Below, in pieces: positions 1 to 13,529 of a DNA stretch of 64,000 bases. Made by a program: the position numbers and the translations under genes. The notes below the pieces were generated by a model. It made no database searches, was not told the DNA's origin, and was given only the letters and a program-made list of their open reading frames with translations. How positions within the stretch are numbered: the first letter of the stretch is position 1; each line of letters starts with the position of its first letter. The DNA is taken from positions 27,902,001 to 27,966,000 of the forward strand of contig NW_024704743.1 in assembly GCF_018977255.1 (NCBI RefSeq). Direction: 5' to 3'. This stretch comes from Callorhinchus milii (taxonomy: Eukaryota).

Positions 1-76
1 AGCCGAAATCACTGTGACTGTGCTAACAGCAGCTTCTGATTGGCTAAATTTACTGCAACACCAAGTCCTTTACAGT

Positions 77-200
77 CAACCAAACTCACTACAGCACCTT
101 GACACCTCAACCAAACTCACTGCAGCACCTTGACACCTCAACCAAATGCACCACAGCACCTTGACACCTCAACCAAATGCACCACAGCACTGTCACACCT
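77..200 (+). repeat. 31-bp minisatellite, 4 copies
   Basis: caaccaaa(ctcact/tgcacc)acagcaccttgacacct units with no spacers. Confidence 0.95.
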
Positions 201-619
201 TTAGGTAAGCAGAAGCTGAACTGCTCTAAGATGACGTAACCGGCCACAGAATGTTGGAATCGAGTTGATCCTCTGTGGCGTTCTCAATTGGCTTGTTGTT
301 GAGCAAAGCGGATCTACAGTACTCCATGGATTGCTGATGATAGCCCACCAGCCTGACTTATTGGTAGGACTTGGTGGGCAAACTGGTCAATGAGGAGCAG
401 GGATTCTTCCTACTCACCCCTGTTCACCCCACAAGCTGAAGTCCTAAAGGGTTGGATGGTGCCAACTGGACAAGCAGTGGGAAAACTTGCCAGACAGTCA
501 ATGACAAGCTCTGCAATTTTAGTTGGTTAAACAACACCGTACCCCAGCGCACACTCTAGGGTCTCCAAGCCTTGGATCTTGACAACCTGTGCCTAATACC
601 TCCCTAACCATCCCCATAC

Positions 620-1000
620 AACAATAACAACTTGCATTTATATAGCACCTTTCAGGCGGAGTGCTTAATGGTGGCGGAGTCTGACCCCGAGCCAGGGGGA
701 GAAGGAGGGTGAAGCTTGATCAAAAAGGAAGGTCTTTAGGCGGAATTTGAAAGTGGGGTAGGAAGAGGCAAGGCAGAGGGATTGAGGGAGAGAGTTCCAG
801 AGTTTCAGGGTGTAGTGGCTAAAGGCATGGCTACCGATGGTGGAGCAGAGAGGATGAGGGATGAACAGGAAGCTGGAGCCAGCTGAGCGGAGGCAGTGGG
901 TGGGGGAGTGGGAGTATAAGCAAATCGGATAGGTAGGGAGGTGCAAGGGCATGGAAGGATTTGAAAACGAGTGAAAGGATCTTGAAATCGATCCGTTCAG
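620..1000 (-). mobile_element. L2 LINE 3' fragment
   Basis: RIDFKILSLVFKS.., AFSH..KLWNSLP..FKFRLKTFLF; (TTG)n tail. Confidence 0.85.
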
Positions 1001-1289
1001 TAATCTCTGATCCCAACTCGCAATTCTGGAGCGAACCCCTCATTGTCCAGGGCCTTGGGATGTCCTCCCGACTTGAAAGGTGCTATACAAATACAATCTG
1101 TTGTTGTTATGATAATACACTCTCCAGAGCTAGGTAAGGAGGGTGTTTCCTCTCAGGGAGAGAGTGCTCAAACATGTGAAATTTCCATGTGTAGGTGACA
1201 TACATGTGTGGAACTCTGTGTCCAGTTTGGATACTATTAAGCATGTTAATGGGTTTTCATCACCCGGCAGACCAAAAAAATTAAACTCA

Positions 1290-3160
1290 CCAGGGCCTCA
1301 TCCATATTCCTAACTATAATTTTTGTACGAGGACTCCTGCTTAGTTGAAGCCCGTGGGAAGAAGTCACTTAGGTGGGAGAAGGCATAAATTATTTTCACA
1401 GGTTGAGAAGAAAAGCCACCAGAATCAAATGATTAACGTGATGATGAAAAACAAGGCAGTGGCACATCTGTTTGTTCAGTCCCAGAAGTCAGACCCATTT
1501 AACGGAAGTCCCTGAGGCCTAAACGTTTAACTGAAGTGAAGGTCTTCCGCTGGACCAGTGACTGATGAACAGTTCCCTTCGGGCACATATTTCATAGCTA
1601 CAGGGAAAGACAGTCTCTGAACACTGCAGTCTGTCAAATTTAGGCTGATGTATTACACAGATAACCCTTTGCTTACTGCTACTCAGGAGTATTCAGGAGA
1701 AAGGGCTTGCAAACATTTAAAAGAGAAGCACAACACTCTTAAAGTTGGGAATTCCTTCAGTCTCAAAGTGCTCAACATGTTGAAAGTCCCTTCAGTTTGC
1801 ATGAACTTGTCATTATATTTAAAAAATAAAGATTATTGACATCATATTTGTTCTTACTATTTCTATGAATTTGATACTGAACCAACCTAGCATGTTCTAA
1901 TTACTGGCAATTTGCTTTCCTTTCACCTACAAAAAACTCAGTCGATACACTTTATCCTGTGAAGTAGGAAGATCCCGATATAAATGCACCATATCCGATT
2001 GAAGGATAAATCCCCTCCCTCCTCTTCTAAAGGGGTTTGGCTCCTCCTTTCTCTTGGGGTATAGTTCTGCCTAATTTAAGTGCCCATTCCTTTTCTGAGA
2101 ACTTTTAACAATGTTCTGCTTTAAATGAATGGCATTAATTATTCCCCATCATTTGTTGGTCACTGTTGGCTAAAATCTGTCCCTATGAGTTGTATGACTT
2201 TTTCGAAAACCCTTGCACATAATACAAAATAGTTGTTATGTGGGTTTGATTACCGAACAGTGCTGTGGAAGTATGTTCATAATGAAGAATGTTCAGTCAT
2301 AACTGGAATATCCTGCAGTTTGGGGTTGTAGAAACATTATAGAAAAGATATTAGAGTGATGACGAAGATGCAGTGTAGGTTCATCAGGTAATACCAGGGA
2401 TAAAAGGATATAGCGATGAGAGGCTAGAGAGATTAGGACCCTTCCCATTTGAACAGAAAAGGTTGAGGACTGATATGTTTGAGGTGTTTACAAAAATGAA
2501 AAGGTTTAAGAAAATTATTCTAGGAAACGTCCTTCTGCCAGTGGGGGATGAGTGATGCCAGGGCATGAATTCAAGATTGTGACAAGTGGCATAAAAGGAG
2601 ATCTTCTCCCAGAGGGTTGTCAGGATATAGAATGATTTGCCAGGAGTGACTGTTACAGCACAGTCGTTTGGGGCCTTCAGAAAAGAATTGGACAAACACA
2701 TGCAGAGGACGGGTTTTAGAGGATACAGGGAAAGAGCAGGGGATTTGGAATTAAGATGGATGGCTTCCTGGAGGAGCAAACACTGACATGAAAAAAATGG
2801 TCTGAATAGCCTCCTACTGTGTCATACATTTCTATAATAGAATAGAACAGTGAAAGGCAACTTCCTTGTCCATCAGTCTTGATAAGATGAAGCAACGGAT
2901 ATTCTCCACGTGACACCACTTCTTAAAAACACCATGCTCGATGAATAACCCAGATAAACTGATCCAAGTTTACAGAAGCTGTGTGTTATTTAAAATAGTT
3001 TTAACTGTGATATCTTGTTGTAGTCAATGTTAGTTGAAGCACTAATAAAATAAATGAACTGTAAGAAGAAAGGCAAGCTGGACCAGTTCCAGTACTAACA
3101 TTGCATACTGGTCAAGGCTAAGTGCGGTATTTCAGACATCGACTGGCCTTTTGTTGACTA
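1290..3160 (-). pseudogene. Dynein-like pseudo-exon(s): C-terminal domain, interrupted by CR1
   Basis: Motifs in order: VNKRPVDV*NTALSLDQYAM (IxxLPxxDxPxxFGLHxNA), GEYPLLHLIKTD (xPLxxVLxQE), ILQSDMVHLYRDL (MSxELxxLxxSL), NMLGWF (LxSWF), FNMLSTLRL (FLTAVxQ) and KGLSV*YISL (GxYxxGLxL). Confidence 0.5.
2295..2845 (+). mobile_element. CR1 LINE 3' fragment
   Basis: Similar to 24880-25418; degenerate ttctat tail. Confidence 0.85.
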
Positions 3161-4309
3161 CTAAATAGAAACTGTGCTATTAAAGGAGAAAATGTCTGTA
3201 AACTGTGTTTAACACCTTGAGGATCATACAGGTATCATACTCAGGGACATAAGGGAAGATTTTAAGGGTGTCTTAGTTTTTACATTAGGCACAAAGCTCT
3301 ATGCTCTCAGGTTCAATACCAGACTCTCAGGATTAGCACAAGGCTCTCAGGGTAAACGTGGTACTCTTAGTAGAAGACTCGTGGTTAGTGCAGAGCTGAG
3401 CGGGTAAGTGCAGTACAATCGGGATAATCGCAGTACTATTGGGATAAGTGCAGTACTGTTGAGTAAGTACAGTAGTGCTAGGATAATAATAATAATCCTT
3501 GCATTTGACATAGAGCATCATCACATCTTGAAGACATCACAAAGAGCTTCATAGAATATACTGTAAAGTTAATTGGATGCATATTTTGTGGGTGAATTGC
3601 TGTATAAGCGCTGTACTAGCAAAGTAAACTTAGAATTATCGGGATAATCATAGTAGAATCCCCCAAAAATATACAGTCAATCAAATTTACAGTGTATCCT
3701 GCATATTGTGCAATATAATGATAATAATAATCCTTTCATTTGACATAGCGCCTTATTGCGTCGTTGAGATGCTTTAAGACGTATTAACGATTTGATAAGG
3801 CCCTACATCAATTTGGTAAGCATGTACTTCTGGGCCAAGTAGCATATTGAGTGAGTAAGAACCAGTCATTCAGGACAAATGCAATTCTAAGTAAGGCAGC
3901 ATAGCAAGCTCAGAATAAGCAAAGCAAGGTTAAGCACCAGGCTTGTAGAAAACAGACTCACAGGGCAACTATCAGATTTACTCCAGGCTAAACGCAATCA
4001 TAATCAATAAAAACAACACATCCATCTTTTAAATTGTTATAATTGCTTCCATGTGATTATTTATATGTTAAACATTAAGTGTTGGAGTAATATGTTTATT
4101 CAGAGATGTTCAATGTGAAGGGGACACTAGAGGAGTTTAAACTAAACATTTGCAAATTGTTGCATGAATATTATTTTATACGCACCAGCAAGACTGGTGT
4201 TGGAACAAGATCACAGTTTATTCTGCAATGGTCAAGTTTTGGTAAATTATGACACTTGGATTATAAAACAGAATATGATTCATGTCTCAAAGATCTGAAT
4301 CTTAGAATC

Positions 4310-4625
4310 ATAAAAAATTACAAGTACAATGCTTAAGGAGGACATCCGGCCCATTGAGTCCGCACTGGCTCTCAAAGTAAGCTGTTCATTCAATTCCACT
4401 GCTCTGCCCTATACCCATACCCCATCAAGCCTCTAACTTTCATATAGCTGTTCATAAGGCTCTTGAAACCCACAGTGGAGTCTGCCTCTACCACCTTACT
4501 TGGCAGGGCATTCCACATTCAAACAACTCACTGAGTGAAAATCTCCTCAACCCTCCTTTCACCTCTCTTGTGATTATCTTGTATCTATATCTTCTAGTCA
4601 CGGGCTTCTCTATGAATGGAAATAT
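4310..4625 (-). mobile_element. CR1 LINE 3' fragment
   Basis: Reverse-complement similarity to the CR1 3' end (ggcagggcattccacatt...). Confidence 0.7.
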
Positions 4626-4976
4626 GGGGATTTGATGATTCACTGGATGATTTAGCAATGTGCACTCTGACTTTTGCGATTTCGGCTTAAATTCAGCCTA
4701 GTCATGGGGAATGAAAGTCCTAATGCGTTCCCGGCTATAAGATTTCAAAGTGAATGGGTTCCAAGTTAATGTGGATATAAAACCAAAACTTTGGTAACTC
4801 ACCACAAATTGTGGTAAGCTTAGCAAACTCATTGAGAGAAGAATGGAATAGAATAGCATTCTGATGTCGAGGCTAAGACTCGTTTTTGGGACAGAGTGGA
4901 GAAAACTTTATTGTGCCTGGTTATACTGTGTGTGTTCCTCAGTGGATAAAACATGAAAGCATCCCCTTCCCCCTAC

Positions 4977-5208
4977 ACTAGTATCTCTCAGTTTGATAAC
5001 CGACAACATATGGAAGACAGCATTGCCATTTTGAGCGTGTGATGTTGCTGCCTTTGAAAGGAATAAAATATCTTGGCAAGGGTTGCAAACAAGACAAGAA
5101 GATATTAACTAAGATGTGGGGCTGTGTGAAATTCTTTTCCAGCTGGATGAAGCATGAGGGCAACGAGAACATTTGGCAAATCAGTTCTCTCAGAAAAGCT
5201 GTTACTTC
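4977..5208 (-). pseudogene. Dynein-like pseudo-exon: AAA6 lid
   Basis: Acceptor ttctgttccag| then 76 open codons. FLRELICQMFSL..FIQLEKNF resembles KKLLFxLCFFHAxxQERRKF, and KWQCCLPYVVG resembles PWxALxYLxG. Confidence 0.6.
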
Positions 5209-5559
5209 CTGGAACAGAACATCAGAAACAGTACAATGATAAGGAGGGAAATGAGCAACAAGGCTAGACCAAAGTGTTTAAATGTAAAAGTACACTGTGC
5301 ATTAGGTCTGGCATTGGGATCTGATGTCATTTTGATTGAGTATCATGGAGAGAATGAGTAGATCCGTCAGATAATGTCATACATATTTCCCATTTTACGA
5401 AATTCCTCTTGCAGCTTAGCATCATTACATTGGCAATGTGTTTCAGCACAAAAACCCTGTCAGAGCACCAATGTCACTATATTTAGCAGCCCGCAGAATT
5501 TATCAACCCCTTAATCCCTTGACCTTGGACATTTACACTGAACAGAATGCAACGGAGAT

Positions 5560-6790
5560 CAGGTCAGAAACCTCTGTGATGCACAGTATTTATGAATGAT
5601 CTGGAAGAAAGTATTTAAAGCAGTATGTGCAAATTTTGTGATTAATGTAAAATGATATGAGAAAACAGGATGCTCGGGGGAGAGGGATAACATTCAGAGA
5701 CATCTAGATAAATAAGTAACCAAATCCTGAGATGACGTTTTATATTAAGAATAGTAAGGTAATCTTACTATTATAATAGTCTGTGGGTAATCTTTAAGCA
5801 GAAAATATTTTTTTCCAAATGAATGATATACTGTATCATTAAACAGATTGAGTTGATAAAAGGATCTGGATTCCAGTAATGGATAAAATATTTAGTGTTT
5901 TATCATCCACAGCTTATACTTATATAACATAGGATGGTCCAACCTTTTCGCAGCTGAGGGCCGGATGCCCTATTTGAGAAACATCCGCAGGCCGCATAAG
6001 CAATATATCTGTATTTTCCTACCAGAAATATAACAACATTTACAGGTTATGGAGGGAGCGGGTGGGCCAGATAAAATGGAAGTAGAGGGGAGGGGACCAG
6101 ATGAAAACAGCCCTTGGGCCAGATCAGTTGGACCACCCTGGTTTATATAACTATTCACAGGGTTTAGTGTCTCAGAGTGCTAAATGAGGGCAGAGTTTGA
6201 TGAAAAGTCGAGCAGCAAGGGGGAAATAACATTTAAGCACAGTTGAAGAGGAAAGTCTTCTGGTGTGATTTAGTTTCAATCTTAATAGCCACTTGTATAA
6301 GTTGATGCATAGATGTAAATCCAAGGAACTGATACTGATACATTCTGAAGAATTAATGAGACAACATGTATATAGAATATGGTATATTGTGTATTCCTGT
6401 ACTTGAAAATAGATATATAGAGAAAAAATATAAAGGATTTAAGAGAGGAATGATGAAGTGGATTCAGATTTTAGATCTTTGAGCTATGAGCAGAAACAAA
6501 GAATGCTATGCCTATCTCATGCAAACAAAGAAAATTAAGGGGAGAATGTGATCCAGATTTTTAAAATAAGAATCAAATCAATAATGTGCATTTACAGAGT
6601 TATTTTGTGGACAACCAGAACAGAAGAACCAGAGGGACATGATTATAAGTTGAAGAAGCCACAAGCTAAACTTAATTCATGGATATGACTGGATTGCCAT
6701 CTAGCCTTGTGGGAACATTCAAAAGAGAATTGAGATTTGTTCTCAATTAAAAAGGATATTGGTTTGATGTTAGTCCAGAAAAGCAGAGAA
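5560..6790 (+). mobile_element. Old, degraded CR1 LINE split by a hAT MITE
   Basis: Remnants of F.NDLEE..KF.D, EKDLG, ..RL..LEY and TRGHD.KL.K. Confidence 0.6.
5930..6140. mobile_element. Non-autonomous hAT/Charlie-type MITE
   Basis: TIRs taggatggtccaac ... gttggaccaccctg with subterminal gggccgg/gggccag motifs; ttatataac occurs on both flanks. Confidence 0.7.
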
Positions 6791-8147
6791 AAACAGTTAA
6801 ATTGGATCTTGAACTGGGATCTGGAGATTTTAGGAGCTGGATGGGTCAAATTAACTTTGACATTTCTTATATCTTTATCTCATATTTTTCAGCCATTCTG
6901 TGCCTTGTCTCTGGAACACCATCAGCCTCGCCCATTCTCTCTCCACTTTTAAAGTCTGCTTTCAGACCCATTTCATCGACCGTAGTTTCAGACAGATTCC
7001 CCACCCCGCTCCATCCACCTTCTGAGCTCCCTCTTCCCCCCAATCCTCCCTGATCGGGTGCCCAGTCAACTGTGCAAAGTAGTCTGTGATGGCCTCCGAA
7101 TATCAAAGGCACTGTAACAATTTAAATTATATCGTATAATCATATTGTATTTTGAAGTTTTGTATCTTGATGCATTTTGTGGTGTATAAAATAAGTGTTT
7201 TATAGTGCATATTCCACTAGGAGATTGGGGAGGGGAGTGTAGCAAAGTTGCTGATTGTAACTGCAGAAATCCATCGCAGACAGTGCCACTGCCTAGAGTT
7301 CTGTACATTTGTGTACAGATTAGAATAATACTTAGAATAATCTTTGCATTTGGCATAGTGCCTTTCAAGTCAAGAGGATATTTGAAAGCACTTCACAGGA
7401 CACACTGTAAAGTGCCGTGACTGTGTCTTTTCTGGGAAAATACCGCAGCCAATTTGTGCACAGCAATGTCCCACAAACAACCATGAAATGAATGACCAAT
7501 TTTATTTGTCAAATTGTAAGACCAGGACACCGGGTGAAACTCCCTTTCTTTTTGAATAATGTGATGGCAAATTTAACGTTTATCTGGAAAGGCAAATGGG
7601 GATCCGGTATAAGGTCTGATCTGAAGAACGGCACCTCCAACAATACAGCACACCCTCAGCACTGCATGGGAGTGTCATCTTAGTGTTCCAAGTCTCAAAG
7701 TGGGGCTTGAATCTACAACCTTCTGACTCCGAGGTGAGAGTACTACCAATTGAGCCAGGCTGACACAGGATGTTGAAAGAGAGAGATAGGCTGTTATGTG
7801 TTAAACATACATCAGGCCAACACCAACTAGGCAACTGAGGTCAGATTCTCCAGTTCTCTGTTTTCACCAAAGTAATCTGCACCAAGCATGTGTGCTTTGC
7901 CTCTGGCTGAAACCTATTTTCGAGCCAGTTAATCAAAAAATGCTTAATGCAAGACTTTTTAAAAGGAGAAATATAAGTATTGCTTTTTTTGTTATTAAAT
8001 GTGGTGGTTTAGAAGTCGAGTGCACTCCATTAGTCCATTTCCTTTATATTAGTGATGTGGCTTCCACTGTACTGGCTGGGACTTTAAGTAGCATTTATTT
8101 TAGTTATTTTTACAGAGTATCACATTTTATGGCAGGTTCAGTCGTAC

Positions 8148-8352
8148 CGTGTCCTCAGACAAAACTGCTGCCAAGGAAAAAAAATCTAGCTTGACAGTGC
8201 CAGTACTTAGAGAATTTTCAGGACTCCAGTTTCACACGGAAATGTACAGTCATTGGAGTTCCTACTTGCACGAATTATTATTGGAACCAAACGTAATAGT
8301 TTGTGAGTGCACAAATAGGGGACTCGTCCTTTACCTACGCCAATTCCTCCAC
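8148..8352 (-). pseudogene. Dynein-like pseudo-exon: AAA6 core
   Basis: MTVHFRV resembles HxxFRLWL, and PENSLSTGTVKLDF resembles PxSILQxSxKxT. Donor ACG|gtacga is phase 0 and joins the next exon in frame. Confidence 0.5.
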
Positions 8353-10469
8353 CTGTACCCAGCAGGTAAAGCACAAGAGTTGTAGTTGTTGACCATTTAT
8401 ACACAGATATTCAGACACTGAGTAGCCGATTTCATCACATCCTAAAATAAGTACGATTTTCAGTGTTTTGGCAGTGAAATTAAAATAACAGAGGGCTTGC
8501 CAAAAGTTTGGGTTTACAGTACCCAGATGGGTTTTTAAGTAAAAATTACTATCCTGCCCTTGGTCTTTATTTTGGAAACAGTTAACGTGTCAGTTAACCC
8601 CTTCAGCTCCAGGCATCCTCTCGCTGTGCTCACGGATTTAATTTCACAGCCTATACATCCCACGAGGGTGATTTACCTGCTGGGTGATGGGCTGCTCTAA
8701 AGATCATCCGTAGAAATCGGGTCACCTGGTCATGCGTTGACTATCAAAAAATCAGCAGGTGTTATTGAGTTAAACTGCTGTAGTGAGACCGATAACTGCA
8801 CTAGTTCCATGTAGATGTGGAAACAATAGGTTGTCACACAGAATACATTGTACAATTCTCACCAATGTGTAGGATTCACTCATCTTCCACCGGGTGTTAT
8901 ACTATGTAGTACTAAACTATGTAATATGATATAGTGACACCCTTCTCTCTCTCTTGCATACACTTGTTAACCTTGTACTGTAACTATATTGGATTAATTT
9001 ATTTGCTAACCTTATTTTCCAGTTTAAATGCAGAAATAGGGAAATAGATAGTTACAATCACACAAGCTTGTTTAAATATTGTTTTGCATTTATCTGGACT
9101 CTATTTTAAGGGGAGCTAATCCCCAAAAATACTTAATATAGTCTTTTTTAAAAAAAATAATAATCCTTGCATTTGATGTAGCGCCTTATCACGTCTTTGA
9201 GACATCACAAAACACTTCACAGAGTAAAGAGTATTTAAGACTGTATTTTGTGGGTGAAACGCAGGAGCCAGTTGTGCACAGCAGTGTCCCACAAACAGTC
9301 ATGGATTGAGTGACCACATGGCTCTGTTCTGAAATTCTCTATCAGTAGATATCAGTACAAATATCAATATTGGTTCATTTATTGTGCATAAAATGTCATG
9401 TCTTTACTTCTCAATGCACAAGTGAGTGAGGTTCCCAGGCTTGTGGTTATGCAGCACTCCATTCAGTGATTTCACACGTCACTTGCTTTGGGTTGGGTAG
9501 CAGGAAGAAGTTGAAGGATGTGGTCTATTCAGGCACTGTGACTAGGTTACTGTATTCAAATGGGATCAGTAGTTTCCCATTGTGAGGACAGATGTACAAC
9601 ATGAACTGTTTGAGGCCTGCAGCACAAATTCTATACCTAAATAAGTAGTGCTTTGCTTATAACAAGGCTCCTGAGCTATTGGACCCAGAGGACCATGTTA
9701 CAATGAAGGTCTCCTGTATGCAGGTTGCTTTGACTCTAACAGGCATGAGTAATATTTGTGTTACTTGAGAAAGTAGATTTTGCACTCAGTCTGTTTGTGT
9801 AAGTGCAATTGCTCATTAGGGAGCATTTCTCTTAAATATACTTCTGGAGAGAACACAATCTGGTAGGTGATCCTTCTCTCACTTCTGGCCTCCATTCTTT
9901 TTCTCTCTCTCTCTCTCTCTCTCTAACACACACCATCGTTCTTTACTTTCTCTGTTGTGTTTATATCACTGTGATGGCTACTCTACTGAACTTTCCTCTC
10001 TTGTTCCTCCCAAGTTAAATGCTGCTCTTCTTCTCACCTGCGTCCTCATTGTGTTGAACTCAAGACTTTGACATCCTCTTGGACACTAACTCATTTATTT
10101 CCAGGACCATAAAGCCATAGGACTCCTTACCTCCTACCGCCTTCCCTTCCTCCTACAACATATAGGCATTTAAAGCCAAACCTTGGAATCACCTGAATAG
10201 AATTTCTTGATGTATTTCCTCTCCTACTCTCTTCAGCATTGGTTTTACATTGATGGTCATGATCCTTCGACCTTCACCTCGGTTTGTCAATGAACAAAAA
10301 CTTTCCTACTTCCGCAGCTTTCCCCATACGGTAGTGATTAAACCTGATGTTAGATGTTGGATACCGGGTATCCTACATTAGATGTTAGATGTTGGGTGTT
10401 CAGAACATCAACACAGGAATGTGGCTATCATTTAACGATTGAATTGTCCTCATATTTCAATAGGATATT

Positions 10470-10774
10470 GTTCCCCTCTGATGCAGGCCAATTCCAGAAG
10501 CAATGAAGAAATGTGATACTTAATCTGACTAATGTTATTGAGGAGTGGCACCCATAGGACATGTAAAACAGATTGGTTCCTGGATCGGACATGAGGCTTT
10601 TTATAAATCCCTATAAAGGAAAATTACTCTGCGCTCCAGCAGGCACTGCAAATGCAGTTTATCAAAACTGGATACAGTCAGTATCTGTGCTGTTTTGTTC
10701 AGAAAGGTTCGCAGGTTTGCTTTGTAGCAACATGTTGCTTTTAACAGGAATGCAACAGTAGCCAACCAAGAGCC
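10470..10774 (-). pseudogene. Dynein-like pseudo-exon: AAA6 start
   Basis: About 100 codons with one stop. FLLKATCCYKANLRTFL resembles LLLRxLRPDR..xxF, and RDL*KASCPIQEPICFYMSYG resembles xxYxxSxPxTPxIFILSPG. Confidence 0.65.
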
Positions 10775-10789
10775 CTATGTTATAGTGTT

Positions 10790-11225
10790 TGATGTAGAGC
10801 ATTGGATGTTGCACCTTTCTCACCAGGAGGATGCCTCAAAGCGCTTCACAGGATACATTGTAAATTTTTGCAGGACATTTTAAAGCATTTTGAAGGGAAA
10901 CGCACAGCCGCTTTGTGCTCAGCAATGTCCCACAAACAGCCATGAAGTGGGTGACCAATTTTATTGGGAGGATTGCTGGCCAAGATTCCCAGAGAAACTA
11001 CTTTCTCTTTTCTCAGTAGTGCCATGGGTTCTTCATCTGACCAGAGAAACGAGGCCTCGGTTTAATGTTTCGTCCGAAGGACAACACCTCCAACAATACC
11101 GCACACTCCCAGCACTGCATTGGAGTGTCAGCCTAGACTATGAGTTCAAAGTCTCAACATGGGACTTGAACCCACAACCTTGTGACTCAGAGACTAGAAT
11201 GCTACAAACTAAGCCAGGCTGGCAC
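10790..11225 (-). mobile_element. SacSINE1-like Deu SINE; related copies at ~7325-7765, 14506-14912, 16165-16640, 19165-19365, 30250-30570(+), 38010-38355, 50730-50945, 51494-51770 and 61135-61466
   Basis: Body ...gggttcaagtccca..ctaggctgacactccaatgcagtgctgggagtg..aaaccgaggcc..ccatggcactact resembles shark SacSINE1; shares the Deu core and L2 tail. Confidence 0.8.
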
Positions 11226-11299
11226 ACCAAACCCTCTAGTAAAATAGGGCTCACCTGTTGGTTGTTTTTGTTTTTCTGGTTTTAATGTAATTTTTTGCA

Positions 11300-11621
11300 C
11301 TCCAGTGCAGCAAATGTCAGCGACTGATGGTTTCAGATCAATATCCGGGAAGTAAATTGATTCAGCGGGATAAGCTGGGTCTCCTTGAGCTGAACTGGCT
11401 CCAAGGTGACATGTTTGGCAGTGGAATGTCGGAATCGAGCCAGTCCTTCGTGGCAGTCTCGGTAGTCTGGTTACTGAGCCAAGCAGTTCCGCAGTATTCC
11501 AGGGCGCTGATGATGATAGCACAGCCGGCCTGGCTCATCGGCAGGACTTGGAAGGACAGACCAGACATTGGAAGTAGGGAATTCTCCCACTCAGCTCCTG
11601 TTATCCTTGCAACCCAAAGCC
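11300..11621 (-). pseudogene. Dynein-like pseudo-exon: AAA5-AAA6 connector
   Basis: Acceptor ccgttag|. RITGAEWENSLL resembles IxxxEWxFFL, and TKDWLDSDIPLPNMSPWSQ resembles WxxWxxSxxPExxxLPW. Confidence 0.6.
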
Positions 11622-11851
11622 CTAACGGGTAGAAGTGATCAGATGATGACTGTATTCTGGAAATACAAACATTTTCTGAAGTGTTTGCCCACAAAACACA
11701 CATTCGTTACACTTTACAATGTGTTCTGTGTCTTTGAGACACCCTCCCAACGTGAAAAGTGCTATGTGAAAAAGTAAGGATTGTTATTTTCACCAGCACA
11801 CCATACGGTTTACAGTCATACAGAGTCAACTCCGATCCTCGTCAACATTAC

Positions 11852-12073
11852 CTGCCCTGGCAGGAAAGTGTTGCGCAGTCTTGTGAGCTTGAGTAAGTTT
11901 GTTCTTGTTGGTGTGAGTTTGCATAATAAGATTTTTTCATCAAAAAAGATTCACACCATCAACGTTGATGATTTCAACACGCAAGAGGTACTCTTGGTAG
12001 AGTTACCAACCTTTGAAAATTCAATCGTCAGGTATTTCACATCCCCAGTTCAAGGTGTCTGCAGTCTTTATGA
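11852..12073 (-). pseudogene. Dynein-like pseudo-exon: AAA5 lid/buttress
   Basis: Acceptor atttcag| and donor CAG|gtaatg. TLNWGCEIPDD*IF resembles LSxSxGNILDDxxL. Several stops. Confidence 0.45.
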
Positions 12074-13529
12074 CTGAAATGCTTAGTAGTCTAACACTAT
12101 TTTTCATTTGTGCTCCAGCAGCTGTTTGTGTTTGATTTTCAAATTATAAGCCCCATTTTCTAATTATAAAAAGAAATTCTGGAAAATCTGAAAAGAGTTG
12201 AATAAGCTGGAAAATTTTGACCTTGGCCTGCAGATTTGGCCCACAAATGCTACTGTAATCTGCGATGGATTAATAGGGGATCTGTGTAGAGCGGCAGAAT
12301 GCAAAAGTCAAACTTCGTTATACTTTACTGCTGGGGTGGTGCAATATGATATAGCTCACGTTATGTAACCTGTAGTCTGGCTTTGCTGAATGACTTTGAA
12401 AAAAATAACTTCAGGTCAGGGTTCTGGAGGATTTTTCCAACAAGTGGATATAAGAATGCCAAGCCTTTGGTCAGGTGACAGAGGATGGATGCCTCTGAGC
12501 CAAAGTAAGCTGCAACCATAAGGCTATTCTGCTCTGGTGTTATCCATCATACTTATCTGTGCTTCAAAGTTATTTTGCAGACGCCATCATCATTTCAAAT
12601 TAAAAAACATTCTGGCAGGCATTTTCTTTGGGGCGGGGGGGACAGACGGACAAATATTACAATTTAAAATGAATCGATTTTTGAACTGGCATTACTTGAA
12701 ATTATTTTTTAACAAGAAAATCCTGATGCTGTTGTAATGGGGGAAATTCTATTCCAGGTATTATCAACTTTGAACTGGAGAAATTCCATTCCCTGTACCA
12801 CTGTCTCTTTAACCCTCAATTGTAAATCATAGTAATCCCTCATTATGTCACTCACCGATATACTACGCATTGTTTGTTTCTATCCTGAGAAAAAAACATA
12901 CCATCTTATGCAGTAAAATATCCCTTTTCTATGAGTCCCAAAGATAGCCTAAAAGAGCATCCTTGTTGTTGGTTAGTTTGGAGCTCTGACAAGATTCTTT
13001 TCTCAGAGGAGGAATGTGATTGTATTGAAGGTTTAGCTGAATTGGGAAAGAGAGTTTGAATTGAAAAATTATTGAGGGGATTGTATTTAACAGACATAGT
13101 TAATTGTTAAGAGTCAATCATAGAGGTCGCTGCATTTTTAGATGACTGGAACTTGACCTTTGTCAAGTTCATGGTACAGTTTATGCTTCACTGTTGAACT
13201 GTTTGTGAGACATTACTATGTGCAAATCCGCTGCATCGTTCACCCACAAAACACACAGTCACTACACTTTAAAGGATATCCTGTGAAGCATTTTAAGATG
13301 TCCTCCTGATAAGGAAGGTGCTATAGCAAATATAAAGATTAAAATTATTATTAATAATAACGTGATAATGGACTCTTCATATGTTACAACAATGACAAAT
13401 TATGTTCAGAAAGAGCCTTTCATGTCAGGAGGACATCTCAAGACGCTGGATAATGAGGGGTTTACACCCGAGCTGCGAGTTGGGATTAGAGAGGGGTGGA
13501 GGGCAAGAGGGGTGGAGGAGGGCGATGAC

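Noticed and set aside
77..200. CRISPR-like array
   Set aside because: Contiguous 31-bp units without unique spacers in a vertebrate context; a minisatellite.
8149..8385. Plus-strand ORF with a gt donor, as a possible FHOD3 alternative exon
   Set aside because: No FHOD3 similarity; better explained as the antisense of a minus-strand pseudo-exon.
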